Source of the DNA: Phaeosaccion multiseriatum
Lineage: Eukaryota; Protista; Ochrophyta, other classes
DNA length: 64,000 bases
Direction of reading: 5' to 3'
Assembly: GCA_965112735.1 (NCBI GenBank)
Contig: OZ218954.1
Location: 310,001 to 374,000, forward strand
Shown here in pieces: positions 1 through 13,913 of the stretch. Positions within the stretch are counted from its first letter, which is position 1; the number at the start of each line of letters is the position of its first letter. The notes below the pieces were generated by a model that saw nothing but the letters and a program-made list of their open reading frames with translations, searched no databases and was not told the DNA's origin. A program made the translations under genes and the position numbers.

Positions 1-3000
1 TCTAAAAGGCGGGCAGCGTTCACCACGTCAGCTGCGGCGTTGTATGCCCCCATCCTGCGTGTGTGTGCGTGTGTGTGTGTGTGTGTGTATGTGTGTATGT
101 GTGTGTGTGTGTGTGCGTGGGTGTGCGCGTGGGTGTAGGTGTGTGGGTGTGTGGGTGGGGGCGAGAGAAGAGGGAAGGTTAGATCTGTCAGGACCATGCC
201 AGTGAGTCCCTCCTATGGAAAAAAGACAAAAATAAAAGGAGGAATACCAACCCCTACTTTGTTACGACGTGTACGTACTGCTTCCTTCAATCAGCGGTGT
301 GCTTGCCACGAAGGAGGGGGGGACATACACACACACACACACCAACAGCCAAACACACGCACACACACATAACACACACGCTACCTCTTCTGTACGTCCG
401 TCCGTCTGTCCCTCCCTCCCTCCCTCCCTCCTCACTCCCTCACTCCTTCCCCCCCCCCCCTTCCTCCCTTCCCCTCCCTCCCTCCTCTCTCGCCCCTCCC
501 TCCCTCCTCTCTCCCTCCCCTCCCTCCCATCTACTGCCATCCCTCTCTCCTTACGTACTTTTTGAGGATGCGAGCCTTTCTGTGGTGGAAATCCACCCCC
601 TTTGGCGACTGCTGAATACAAAGGTCCATCACCTCCTCCGCCTCCGCGAGTCGTCCTGTCTTCTCCAGAATTTGCCCTCGGAGGTAGTGGGCCCACAATA
701 GACTTTTCTGCAACGCCGCCTTCTCCTTCTGCTGCGGTGATGGTGATGGTGCTGATGACGATGATGATGATGATGATGATGATGACGACGACACTAACAA
801 TGCTGCCTCCCCTCCCTCCCCCCCTGCTGCTGTATCACCAACTGCTATAGCCGCCCCCCACTCCTCTATAAGCTTGTCCGTCAAGGCCTCAAGCTGCACC
901 ATCACGGGGTGCCGGGCAAGCACCACAGGGTCCTGATCCAGCACCATCTCACGACTCGGAGACCCTCCTCCTGCTCCTCCATCCACTATCTCTCCTCCTC
1001 CTCCTGCTACCGCTTCTGCAGTATCACCAACTGCTGTAGCAGCGTCTACCTCTACATCTTGTACAGGGGCGGGGGTGAGCCTCTGTCTCCTGCTTGGGGT
1101 TGTTAAAAGACCCGTGAGATCCGACCCCAGGCTTGGCACTCCCTTAGCTAGCCCTGAGCGAATGTACGTCTAAAGTGAGGGAGTTGGTGATGCAGAGTGA
1201 GCAAGAGAGTGGTGGATGAAGAGAGGGGGGGGGGAGGAGAGAAGGGAGAAGGGGAAGACAGAAGAGAGAGGAGAGGAGAGGAGAGAGGGGAGAAGACGGG
1301 ATATAGGAGAGAAGGGGAGGGGAGAGGAGGGGAGAGAAAAGAGAAGGGGAAGAGAGGGGAGAATGGCGGTGGGAGGTATATGGAAGGAAGAGTGGGCGAG
1401 GGAGTGGAGTAAACGTAAGTCGGATTGATTGAGCAAAGACACGGGTATATGGGTATTGCAGAGATAGAGAAAGGAGTGCAGCAGCAGCAGCACCAGCAGC
1501 AGCACCACCAGCAGCAGCAGCACCAGCAGCAGCACCACCAGCAGCAGCAGCACCAGCAGCAGCACCAACACCAACACCACCTTGACCACCACTACCACCA
1601 ACACCACCACCAACACCACCACCACCAACACCACCACCACCACCACCACCACCACCACCACCACCTCACCCCAGTGGACCACCTGAACGCCCGAGTGAAG
1701 GCTAAGGCCCGAGTGCACTTACTTACCTCGAGTTGTGATCGGAGCTCTTCCCCCTCCAGAAAGGTGAGAGGGATCCGTTGACATGCGGCGGAGTGAGGGT
1801 ACGTCTTGCCGAGCACTGAAGGGGGGGGGGGGGTTCGAAGGGTATGGTGGTGATATGGTGAGAGGTTGAGGGTGGACAGGGCAGCCGCATAGGGGAGCAG
1901 AGAGAGAGAGAGAGAGGGAGAGAGGGGGGAGGGGACAGAGAGGAGAGAGAGGAGAGAGGGAGAGCGGGGGAGAGAGAAAGAGAAGAGAGGAAGAAAGGGA
2001 GGAAGAGAAGAGAGAGGGAAGGAAGGAAGGAAGGGTAGAGGGCAGGAGAATAGGGCCAAGAGAGCATGGGCCAGCAAGGAAGAGGGCGTTGGGAAGGAGG
2101 GCAACAGGGCAGGATGGCAGCAGATGGTAGAGGGCGGAGGGAAGCGACGGGAAGGGTGGAATGAGCGAGGCGTCTCAGTCGGCGATGGAGGAGAGGAGGA
2201 GAGAAGGACACGCAATGGCAGGGGAATACGCTGAGAGTGCATACTCAAAACTCACAGACTCAAACACACAACATATCACCAACCTGCGTACATGTCCCTG
2301 AGAGTGGATCTTTGCTCACTGGAGAGGACCAACTCCGTCGATGGCAACTTACACGCCCCCAGCGCCATCACCCTCCGGCAGTCCCCGGGGGGCAGCTTGA
2401 GGGATGCACACTGCAAGCCCCTATGGAAGACGTAGTTCTCCTCTCCACGCTTTAGGAGCCGTCTGTGGTGGTTGGTAAGGGTGGGATAAGATAAGAGGGG
2501 GGGGGGTGAGAGCCCAACGCTGCCATGTACACTCTCACCTCTGCCTCTACCCTGTGCCATCCTTCGCCATGAACTGCCATTCCACCCACCCACCGCATAC
2601 AGCCCCTCTGTGTACTCTCTGTTACTGTGTCTTCCCCTGCCCATCCGCTCCCATCCCTTGCCATCCACTAACATCCTCTTCCATCCGCTGCCATCCCCCG
2701 CCATGCACTGCCATCTATCCCACACACCTCTCTGTTACTGTGTCTTCCCCTGCCCATCCACTACTATCCCTTGTCATCCACTAACATCCTCTTCCATCCG
2801 CTGCCATCCCCCGCCATGCACTGCCATCCATCCCACACACCTCTCTGTTACTGTGTCTTCCCCTGCCCATCCACTACTATCCCTTGTCATCCACTAACAT
2901 CCTCTTCCACCCGCTGCCATCCCCCGCCATGCACTGCCATCCATCCCACACACCTCTCTGTTACTGTGTCTTCCCCTGCCCATCCACTACTATCCCTTGT

Positions 3001-6000
3001 CATCCACTAACATCCTCTTCCACCCGCTGCCATCCTCCACCATGCACTGCCATCCATCCCACGCACCTGTACAGCCCCGCTGCCTGCTCGTGTCTCCGCG
3101 TGAGCAGCAACAGCTCTCCCCTCCGTAGCTCCCAGCTGAGCACATCCATCACCACCTGGGAGGGGAGGATGGCAGTGGACGGCGGAGGATGGGGGTGAAA
3201 CTGTCAAACTGCCAACCTGAAACTCACAACCCTCTCTCTCCTTGCATCTTCTCCATTCCATATTCCAACGCTCTCTCCTCCACTAAACCAGTCTATACTC
3301 AAACTCATGACTCCTTCTCCTCCCCCACTGACTTACTGACCTTTTTGCAGATGTCGAGATCGTCCAGCGCCTCCTGATGCCTGCCTGCCTCCACAAGGAG
3401 CTCATTGCGGTACAGAGCGAGTTCAGAGGTGTCGTAATCCTTCACGGCCACGTCTTCGCCCTTCGTTGGGGGGTTGGGGAGAGGGAGGGAGGGAGGGAGG
3501 GAGAGAAAGACACAGAGAGAGACACACACAGAGAGAGAGAGAGGCGAGAGTAAGAGATGGCGAGAGAGAGGATGGCAGCGGATGGGGGAGAGAGGGGGTG
3601 GGGAGAAACAAGGGAGAGATGGAGAGAGAATGGCAGCGGATGGAGGGGGGGTCAGAGGGGGGGCGTTTCGGGCACCAGACGGGGGGGGGGAATGTACGGA
3701 CGTACACAACGAGCGCAGTTGTGGTGCACACACACACACACACACACACGCATACACACACACGCATACATGCAAACGCATACCACATACCCATCCTCTA
3801 TCTTCACACCCACCCACTGTCCTGACACCCACTCACTCTCCTCTATCCTGACACCACTCACTCATCCACCTTCTGCCCTGATACACACACCCCTTCCACC
3901 CACCCTCTGTACTGACACCCACCCACCCACTGTCCTGACACCCACCCACCCTCTGTCCTGACACCCACACACTCTCTATCCTGACACCCACTCACTCACC
4001 CCTATGCTTTCGTTGAAGGAGTCGATAACCTTGATAGCGACGTCAATGTCCCCTCTGATGTGATTGGCGACGATGAAGGCCATCCAGTTCTGCCGCACGT
4101 TGCTCTTGAGGGAGAGGATCCGACGGCGTGTCTCCACGTAACCGCCCATCTCGCGCAGTTGCACTTGGAGGTTGCTGCGGAGGAAGTGAAGTGAACATAA
4201 GGAGGCGTATGGGTAGGATGGGTGGGGGGGTGGGGTGGTGGGTGGGTGAGTTGGTGGGTGGGTGGGTGGGTGGGGTGGTGGGCGTAGGTGAGTGAGTGAG
4301 TGAGTGAGTGGGTGGGTGGGAGGGAAGAGGGAGGGAGGGAGGTTAGACGTTAAAACGTTTCAGAAGGCCAGAGAGGGAGTGACAAGAAGGAGGGAGGTAG
4401 GGGGGGTGACGTCTGAGAGAAGATTGTAGACGTGCAGGACGGACGGAGGAGGAGACTACAGAGGAATATGGCCCCCCTCCACTCACCCACCCACCCACCC
4501 AGCCAGCCACCCACGCAGTGACTTAGCACCTGCCTACTCACCCGCTCACTCCCTCCCTCCCTCATTCACTCACGCACTCCCGAACTCACTAACTCACTCC
4601 CTCCCTCTCTCATCCCCTCTCTTCCTCCCTCCCTCACTCACTCCCTCACTCCTTCACTCACTCACTGCCGCACTCTCTCCCTCCCTCACTCACTCACTCA
4701 CTCACTCACTCACCCACTCTCTCCCTCCCTCACCCCCTCCCTCACTCACCCCAGGTCTCTGAGTATTTGCATACTCTCCGGCTCAATCTTCAGGGCCTTC
4801 TTGTAGCACTGGATGGCCTGTGGGTGCGCGCGTGTCAGAGTTTCAAGTTTCAGTTTCCTTCGAATAACATTGCATACTGGTTATCCAGCTTCATTTTCAG
4901 TTCTGCGTATCGTAGCTTCCATCCCCCCTGTGCAGTAAACCATCCACATCGCCCTCCACTGCCATCCATCGTTTGCCATCCCCTCCCATCCACTGCCATC
5001 CACTGCCATCCACTGACTGACCTGTGCGTAGTTCCTGTCCCCCCTGTGCAACAAGCCGTACACATGCCAACACACGTGTGAGGCCATGTCATGAAGAAGA
5101 CCTTTCTTCACGTACTCGTAGGCCTCTTCTTTCCTGCTCCAGGGTGGATGGCAGTGGATGGCATATATATATAGAGAGAGAGTAGAGAGTGGATTGAAAG
5201 AGAGAGGGGGGGGAGAGAGAGTAAGGGAGAAAAGAGAGGGGGGGAGGGAGGGAGAGAAGAGAGAGAGGGGGAGGGAGGGAGAGAAGAGAGAGAGGGGGAG
5301 GGGGAGTAAGTCACATGGAGTGGATGGCAGTTGATGGGGGGGATAGAGGAAGGATGGCAGTGTACAGGTGAGGCAAAGGGGGGATGTCAGCGTAAGGTGT
5401 GGTGTGGCGATGGCACCTCTGTGACTGACTGACTGACACCAAGTACGGACGATTAACTTGCACTAAGAACTAGGCTACTAACATTACCTTGCACCAAGAA
5501 GTAGCTTACTAACACAAACTTGCACTAACAAGAAGCTTACTAACCTATCCAAGCAGTTGAGGGTGAGGCCCTTCATGGCGAGGGTCTCTCCATGCTCAGG
5601 GAACTTCTTGAGGAGCGTATCGGCACACTTTACGCCCTTCTTGTACTGCTTGTTCTCGTAGTGTTTCTAGTAGAGGCAGGGAGGGAGACAGGGAGGGAGG
5701 GAGGGAGGGAGGCAGGGGGGGAGGAAGGGAGGGAGGGAAGGAGGGAGGGAGGGAGGGAGGGAAGGAGGGAAGGAGGGAGGGAGGGAGGGAGGAAACGAGG
5801 GAGGCAGGGAGGCAGGGAAGGAGGCAGGGAGTGAGTGAGGGAGGGAGGGAAGGAGGGAGTGAGTGAGGAAGGGAGGGAGGGTGGAAGGTAGTGGGCGTAG
5901 GAGTCGGTTGGATGAGAGGGAAGGGGAGGAAGGGAGCGAGAGAGAGGGCATCCACATGCTTTGGAGGGGGAGTGAACAATGTGGAGGGGAGGGCAAGGGT

Positions 6001-6356
6001 GGAGTGGATTGTTTGCTTCGCTCCAAGGGAGAGGGGAGGGGGGTATGGATGGATGGCTGGCAGTGGAGAGGGAGGGGGGAGGGACACACTCCATGGCAGC
6101 AGCATCAGCATCCGCCTGTTTGCGACGGCCGACTCTGATGAGATACCAGTGGCCATGACTCTTGCTGTACAAAATATCAGATGGTGCCCAATGTTGCTTG
6201 ACCATCCTCTCTCTCTCTCTCTCTCCTCGCCGTGCTCCTCCCTCCTTCCTCGCCCCGCTCTTCGCTCCTTGTCACCCTCTGCCTCCCCCCGCCACTTGCT
6301 GCCGCTGCTGGTGCTGCCTCTCCTACTAATGTATGCCAGCTGATGCTGTATCGCCA

Positions 6357-6392
<36 letters not shown>

Positions 6393-6592
6393 ACTGCTCC
6401 CAAGGCACAGACAGGGATGCTTGCCCATTGCTCAGAAGCTCCTTAAAGAATCCCTCTCGCTCCTGTCTCGAAATAATGCAGCATCCTTTTCTCCTTCAGT
6501 ACCCTCTCTCCACCAAACTCTCTGACCCTCTCTCTCTCTCTCACATACACACTCTCTCTCTCTCACTCTCCACCTCCCACTCTCTCTCTGTC

Positions 6593-6645
<53 letters not shown>

Positions 6646-6749
6646 CTTTGCCTCCTTGCACTCACCACTACGGCTTTGAAGAGGTCCGCCTCCTTCTTGG
6701 GCAGCACCCGATTGGGCGGCAGCGCGGCCACCACTCGCTTGCCCGACAT
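1..6749 (-). CDS. NAA15: N-alpha-acetyltransferase 15/16 (NatA auxiliary subunit, NARG1/Nat1), 3' end truncated by the window edge
   Basis: Exons (-): 6749-6666, 5666-5545, 5133-5022, 4817-4750, 4174-4000, 3460-3341, 3155-3067, 2462-2284, 1815-1727, 1169-559, 54-<1; all GT-AG and in phase. Spliced protein has [85 protein letters not shown]...ARLLD, all typical of NAA15/Nat1 TPR regions. Confidence 0.95.
2610..3066. repeat. 113-bp tandem repeat, ~4 copies, in an NAA15 intron
   Basis: Unit ctctgttactgtgtcttcccctgcccatcc... recurs at ~2617, 2730, 2843 and 2956; the copy nearest the exon carries the real donor. Confidence 0.9.
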
Positions 6750-7070
6750 GTTGCTTGGCTTGTGCTAAACACACCACCCTGCACAAGCACCAGAGGCGAA
6801 AATTGAGCTGCACGAATTATATGTACTTCCCACGATCCTACGCTACCGCAAGGGAGCGAACCCACAAGCAAACACCGCAACCGCAATGCACCCCGTTGCT
6901 CCTGTTCCACAGGTGACACACCGCTCTTACCTGTTCAAGCCGAGTCTGAAGATGATGGTTAGAGAGACACAATGGATCTTACGTAATGTTACGTCCACCT
7001 TTCCATTTGAGGTTGTGCACCCTCCACCACTGTTGTAGTAACGAGCTCTCTCGCCCCCACACACACCGCA
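6750..7070. promoter_or_regulatory. Short divergent (probably bidirectional) promoter region, NAA15/hemL
   Basis: About 320 bp between two outward-facing start codons; no microsatellites. Confidence 0.6.
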
Positions 7071-10000
7071 ATGAGTCCGAACAAGAATGTGATGGCCGTG
7101 GTGGTGGCACTCTGCCTGGGATCCCAGACACAAGCCTTCACCGGCACCTCCTTGGCAGCGGGTATCAAGCATGCAAGCGTGAGGCGAGCGGCGGGATCCA
7201 AGCATGCTTCCTCCACCAGAATGGCTTTCACCACCACCAAGTCCGACGAGGTCTTCACCGAGGCAAAGGTGGGTCGTAGGCGAAGATTGCAACCGACCCA
7301 CCGCAGGCGGGGTGTGTGTGTGGTTGATGCACAAGGGTAGGGATGAGGGCCTGTGGAAGTAGAGCATTGTTCCCCCATCATTAAATTCATTGCGCCGTTG
7401 CATCTCTTCATGACTGCTTGTCCGCATGTGCTTGCCCTTGCGAACTCGGCCTTTTACAGTCTTGCAATGAGAGGTAGAGGGGGGGGTGAAGGGGCCGGCG
7501 GTTCACCATCCTTACCACGACAAAAATCGTTTCGTTCAGTTCAGCGTCTTTTTCTCTCGCTTCTTTCTCCCTCACTCTCTCGGCTGTGTACCCCTCTATC
7601 CCTCTCTCGCGCGCGCGCTCTCATGCGTTTGACCCGAGTCGTGCAAAAAGCATGCACCACTTGGACCAAAGCATGTATGCTCAACCCACTCATGCGCCCT
7701 TCCGACAAAAGCAAAAGCATGTGTACTCAACCTACTCATGCGCCCCCATTCCTTATTGACATCTTTCCTCCCTCCCTCCCTCCCTCCCTCCTTCTCTCCC
7801 TTCCAGACACTCATGCCCGGAGGAGTGTCTTCCCCAGTGCGTGCCTTCAAGTCTGTGGGAGGGAACCCCGTTGTGTTTGACCGTGTCAAGGGCTCTCATT
7901 CGTGGGATGTGGACGGAAATGAATACATTGACTACGTTGGCACGTGGGGACCCGCTATTGTGGGACATGCCGACGATGAGGTGAATGTGTTGGTGATAGA
8001 GAGGGAGGGAGGGGCAGGAGAGAGAGAGAGAGAGAGAGAGAGTCAAGCGGATAGAGAGGGAGGGAGAGAGATAAGAGAGAGAGAGGGGGGGCGGGGGGGG
8101 GGGGGGGCGAGTGAAGAGGGACAGGGGAGGCATGAGTGGCCCAGCCCCCTTGGGTCACATTTTCCATCACTCGCTCACTCACCCACCCACCCCACGCCTG
8201 CTCAACTCACTCTCACTCCCAAACAAACGTAAACTAACACACACCAGGTGCTGGCCGCCATTGGAGAGACCATGAAGAAGGGCACCTCTTTCGGCGCCCC
8301 CTGCATGCTGGAGAACGAGTTGGCCAAGATGGTCATCGATGCCGTGCCATCTGTGGAGATGGTCCGATTCACCAACTCAGGCACTGAGGTGAGGCGGGTT
8401 CGTGTGTGTGTGTGTGTGCGTGCGACAGAGAGAGAGAGGTTGACGTGTATATTCGTTGATAGATGGCAGTGGATGGATCGAAGCTTCTTGTGCGTGAAAC
8501 TAAACTCAAACTGCACCTGCATCTCTCTCCCTCTTACACAGGCGTGCATGGGCATGCTTCGTTTGGTTCGAGCCTTTACTGGCAGGGAAAAGGTGGTGAA
8601 GTTCAACGGATGCTACCACGGGCACGCTGACTCCTTCCTGGTGCAGGTGAGGAGCGAGGGGGAGAGAGAGGGAGAGGGAGGGCGAAGAAAGAGAGAAGGG
8701 AAACTTTCTTTTCTTGACTTATAGGAATCAGCCTAAGAATTACGTATGTATCACGAGAGTGTGCATCCCTTCCTTAGCCCCTCCTCTGACACACTCTACT
8801 ACATCCTCTCCCTCCTCTCCTTTCCCTCCCTCCTCCTCCTCAACCTCCTCAACCTCCTCATCCTCCTCCTCCTCCTCCCCGTCCTCCTCCCCCTCCTCCT
8901 CTTCTTCCTCCTCCTCCAGGCCGGCTCCGGAGTGGCCACCCTGGGTTTGCCCGACTCCCCCGGGGTACCCCAAGGGGCCACAGGTAAGAATGACGCAATC
9001 ACAAGTGTTTCTCAGCTTTTCAGACACTATCAATGATAATGCAAAACAGATACCTTCATGTTATGCCCCCCTCTTTTCACGCCCTCCTCCTCCTCCTCCT
9101 CCCTCCCATATATGACCAAACGCAACGTGGATGGCCTTTTTGCCCTGCCCCCCCCCCCCCCCCCCCCTGGCCTCCCTCCACGTCACCTCTGTCCCTGCCC
9201 TAACTCCCTCCCTCCCTGTCCCTCCCTCCCTCTCCCTCCCTCTCGCCCTCCCCCCCCCTCCATCAGCCACTACCCTTGTTGCCAAGTACAATGACCTTGC
9301 ATCTGTGGAGGAGCTGCTCAAGGGCAACGACGTCGCCGCTGTGATCCTGGAGCCTGTGGTAGGCAACTCAGGCTTCATCGCCCCCACACAGGAGTTCCTC
9401 CAGGGCTGCAGGGACCTCTCCACCAAGGTTAGTGACTTACTACAGCGTCTTAGTGACTTACTACAGCGTCTTAGTGACTTACTACAGCGTCTGCGGAGGT
9501 GGACAGAGGTGGATAAATGACTTACTGGATGGGGTGGATTGGTGACTTACTGGATTGGGGCGGAAAGTCTGTCATTCAGGACATGGTGGAGTGGGGTGGA
9601 TGGAGGCATTCCCCCCCCCCCCCTTTCCCTCCTCATACATGCTCATACATATCTTAATCCCTCTTCTCCCTCGTCTCCCCACCCCCCCCTTCCCTCCCTC
9701 CCTGGTCTTCTCTTTCCCCCTCTCAGTACGGCGCCCTCCTTGTGTTCGACGAGGTCATGACAGGTTTCCGTATTTCTTACGGCGGGGCCCAGGAGCACTT
9801 CGGTGTCACCCCTGACGTCACCACCATGGGCAAGGTCAGTTTCCAGCTTCAGTTTTATGGCCAGCGTACCACCTCCACCTCGTCCTCCCGCTGCTGCTAC
9901 CGCTCCTTCTCTTTCTCCTCCTTGTCCTCTTCGTCATCATCCTGCTGCTCCTCCTCCTCGTCCTGTATCACCAACTTCTGCAGGTCATTGGCGGAGGGCT

Positions 10001-10150
10001 CCCCGTTGGAGCATACGGAGGCCGCAAGGACATCATGGAGATGGTCGCACCCGCAGGCCCCATGTACCAGGTGAGGCAGATGGCAGTGGACGATGGACTG
10101 CGGAGGGAGGGGGAAGGGGGAAGGTGCTTACACGACACGACGACTTGGAA

Positions 10151-10190
<40 letters not shown>

Positions 10191-11485
10191 GTGCCTCTCT
10201 CACACCCCACCCTCTCTCCGCTCTCTCACTGCCCTGTACCGTCCTGACACCCTTCCACATGCTCTCTCTCTCTCTCTGTCCTGACACCCTGTCCTCCAAC
10301 AGGCCGGCACCCTATCGGGAAACCCCCTGGCCATGATCGCAGGCATCACCACCATGAAGATCCTCAAGAGGGAGGGCTCGTACGAGCACCTGGCCAGCGT
10401 CTCCAAGAGGGTGAGTGGCTGTTGTAGTTCCAGTTGTCCTTGACACCAGTTTCAGTTGATGAGTTGGGGTGTGGGAGACCTGCTGCTGAGCGGAGTTTGA
10501 ATAATATTACGTAGTATTACGGTGCATGTCTATGGTGTTGGACACTGATAGTAAGGTCACGTGAACTGAGCACTGGAAACTGAAACTGAGAACCACAGCT
10601 TAGGATGATAGATGTGATGGGTGGGGGGGTTGATGCCTCGGTCATAGGTCCAATGAGGTTGAATTCAACTTATCTGAACCCCAAAAACTAACCTACCGAT
10701 CAATCCATCTTCTCCCTGTGCTCACGCTTTGCTGTGTGTTGGTCATCTCTCTGGACGTTTTGTATCACCAACACTCACAGCTGGTGGACGGTGTGTTGGC
10801 GGCCGCGAAGAAGCACGGAGTCGCCATGTGCGGCGGATACATCTCCGGAATGTTCGGATTCTTCTTCTGCGAGGGACCCGTTACCTGCTTCGAGGAGGCT
10901 TCCGCAACCGATACCGAGAAGGTCAGTGACGTCATGCTGCATTGGGATGGCAGTGGATGGGATGGCAGTGGGTGGGGGGAGGGAAGGAGGGGGGTGCGGA
11001 TGGACACAAGGCGAGCGACGTGAAGGAAAGGAGAGAGAAGGGGGGAGGGGGTGGATAGGGAAGTCCTCTCTGCCTCTCGTCTCTCTCGTCTCTCCCTCTC
11101 TCTGTGTGTGTGTGTGTGTGTGCGGTGGGGGTAGTGTCCAGTGTCGTCGACGGTGTGTTGTCAAGTGTCGTTGTGTGTTATGTGCCGCCCCTTTCCACCT
11201 CTCATCGGAACTCTCTCGCACTCCCTCACTTCCATCCTTCGTTTGCCCTCTCCATTCCTCCCTCCCTCCCTCCCTCCCTCTCTCATCCCTCCACTCTCCC
11301 TCCACAACATGCTCTCCTCCCCTCCCTCCTTCCCTCAGTTCGCCAAGTGGCACCGAATGATGCTCGAGGAGGGCGTGTACCTCGCCCCGTCTTCTTATGA
11401 GGCAGGCTTCGCGTCCCTCGCACACACCGATGAGGATGTTGACAAGACAATCGCCGCGGCGGATAGGGTGCTCGCCAAGCTGTAA
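7071..11485 (+). CDS. hemL: Glutamate-1-semialdehyde 2,1-aminomutase (GSA-AT), plastid-targeted
   Basis: Exons: 7071-7268, 7807-7980, 8248-8388, 8542-8646, 8920-8983, 9267-9427, 9727-9834, 9984-10070, 10303-10410, 10781-10921, 11339-11485. Motifs [46 protein letters not shown]-lysine TTMGK|[27 protein letters not shown]-terminal signal peptide ending TQA-FTG, then a Ser/Thr/Arg-rich transit-like region. Confidence 0.97.
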
Positions 11486-12886
11486 TGGGCTTTGAGGGGC
11501 TGTTCAATTCCACTACTTACCTTCATAGACCAGACCATTTGTCTTCAAAAATAAATACATATTTAATTTTATACTTAGTAAGTAGATGAAACCCGTAAGA
11601 AGGAGCGAGATGTGGCTGCGTGCGTGGTGTGCTGCTCGCATGCTGCGGAAACCCTCCCTCCTGGGACGTTGAAGTACTGCACTACTGCTCCCTCGTCCCT
11701 GCCTGGCCCTCGTGCTTCTCATCACGTGATCATGTGTTCGTTTTTCGCCGACCCCCTCCCCTCTTTCTGGTGCCAGCCACACAGCAAGAAGACAAAAAAT
11801 CAGCTTAGCTCCGACTGGCTAGTACCGGTACGGCTAACTGCCATCAACCGCCCAGTCATGAACAAGAACCCACCGTGAACCCCCCCCCCCTATCTACTGA
11901 TCTCTTCAATCTTCAATCATTAGACGCACGTCCCGCCCCAACCGCAGTTCTACCTCTAACTTATCATGGCTGGGCCCTGACCCCATCCACCACCCAGCAG
12001 TCACTGCCTGAACATTTTGAGAACCTCCTGAGGATGAGCACGTCACGTCATGGTCAGCTTCAATCGCCCCGCCTTCCTTTTTTTTTCATTTATCAATTTA
12101 TCAACATTGTGACGAGCTTGGAAAATGCCAATGACCCCCCGCTGGGCGGCTGTTGTTGGGCCTTTGTTCTAAGTTTTGTTTTTATTTTGGGAAAACGTTT
12201 CATGTGAATCTTTTGCAGCTTCCACCAGGGCAAACCACAAAAACAAAATACACACTTCGTAGCCCCGTGCCGGCCCGGGTCTGTAACACGCTTCCCCTAT
12301 CATCCCATCCCCTGTCAACCTGGTGGTCTAGCACCGGGATAGAGCGGCACCGAGCAAAGCGAAGCAAAGAGGGGTGATGTCTGCGTAAGCGGTGGGGCGC
12401 ACTTGAGAGAAGACTGGTAGTCAGTCGCTTGACGAAAGGCGAAGAGCTGGGAAAAAGGCCCAGGGCAAACCGAGTTTGACCACCAGGGCCAAACCGAGCT
12501 TGGCTTCCGATAGAAAGCCGCCCGAGCAGCAGCTGCAGTAGCGGCAGCGGCGACGACAGCGACGGGTGAGAGGAAGGGTCCTGGCTATGCTGTACAGAAC
12601 GTCTTTGCTGCTTCCAATGCCGCAGCAGTAGCAGTGAAACCTGACCTCCCTTACCCCTCGGTGACATTTTCCCGTCTCATCATCCACCCACCCCGTCCGC
12701 CCCCGCAGCCCCCCACCCAAGGCTTTGCATTACTCCCCTCCTCCCCCCCCCCCTTCCTTCCTTCCTTCCTTCCTTCCTCTTTACGCCCGCGTCCGCCCCC
12801 CCCCCTGTTTGGGGGTAGCTGTCTAAATATCAGACTTTTCGTGTTTCGTCTCTAACTCCAACTCGTCCCCTCTCTATGCAGGAGCC

Positions 12887-13129
12887 ATGCCCGCCGGCCC
12901 AGAAGACAGCGGGGTGGCCGCGTCGGTCCCGGCGTCGAGGGCAAGGGATGTCACCATCGCTGCCCTGTCCGCCGCCCTGTCCGCGGCCGTCGTGGTGCTG
13001 GCCCTTAGCACCACCCCCAACATGGCACCCCCCATCAACGATCTCGCCAGCGCCTCCGCCTCCGAACATGGCGCTCGCTCCCTGTGGATGGGAGCTGCTG
13101 ACGATAATCATAGTAACAAGCATCCGGAT

Positions 13130-13166
<37 letters not shown>

Positions 13167-13870
13167 GGCTGAGCAACAACGCGTCGATGGCGCTCGTGAC
13201 CCCGTTTTGGTCTGGAGATGCAACACTCCTCGAGGATGCCTTTGACGACTCTTGGGCAGGGCTGGACTGCTCTGCCACGGGGCCTCCTCAGGCTAGGATG
13301 GACCTGGTCCTGTACTATGCCTACGGCCCGGATAAGGTCAGTGGCGTGCGCAGGACGAGATGATTCATGTCGACCCCGAAATCCGACCCCGGCCTGACAT
13401 TCGGATAGTTCCGATAGCATGCTGTCGGCCGCCGGCGATAGCAGATGGCAGATAAGCAACGCGTCAGGGGTCGAGCAGCAGGCAGGGGCCGAAAGAGGCA
13501 AAGGGAGAGGAGAAAGAGAGGGAGAGACAGAGGCAGCAGTGCTGGATGGTGGTGGAGCTTTCTCGGTGAGGACTGGAGGCAGCAACTTGCCGCTAACACC
13601 TTACGCCGCCCCCTCCCTCCCATCCACTGCCATCCCTCCCCGCCGCACCCCTCCCTCCCTCCCTCCCTCCCTCAGGTCAGCGCCAACACGCTGGCTGCTG
13701 TGCCGGACTCCATGCGGTCGTGCTTCAGGGACGTCAAGTTGGCGTACGCGCACCTCTCGGCTGAAGAGGATGGGTACCCCGCAGGACCTTCACATCAGTT
13801 CTACAACATCTTCGTTAAGGAGGAAGTCAGCGAGCAGTTCAACATGTATGGTGAGTCAGTGTGCAATATT

Positions 13871-13913
<43 letters not shown>

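Noticed and set aside
139-2248. Many ORFs of poly-Pro/Ser/Leu, poly-His, poly-Val or Gly/Arg/Glu here and throughout the ORF track
   Set aside because: They are translations of intronic microsatellites or antisense frames of real exons; stop-free only because of low complexity.
6075-6530. Complex sequence within NAA15 intron 1: possible nested gene, snoRNA or exon-1 ghost ([12 protein letters not shown] versus [12 protein letters not shown])
   Set aside because: The ghost needs a frameshift and identity is low; there is no paired C/D boxes with terminal stem on the sense strand; flanking NAA15 exons join perfectly without it.
11513-12880. ORFs between hemL and the giant gene
   Set aside because: No recognisable homology; best explained as 3' UTR, promoter and a 5'-UTR exon/intron (donor ~12566, acceptor 12881).
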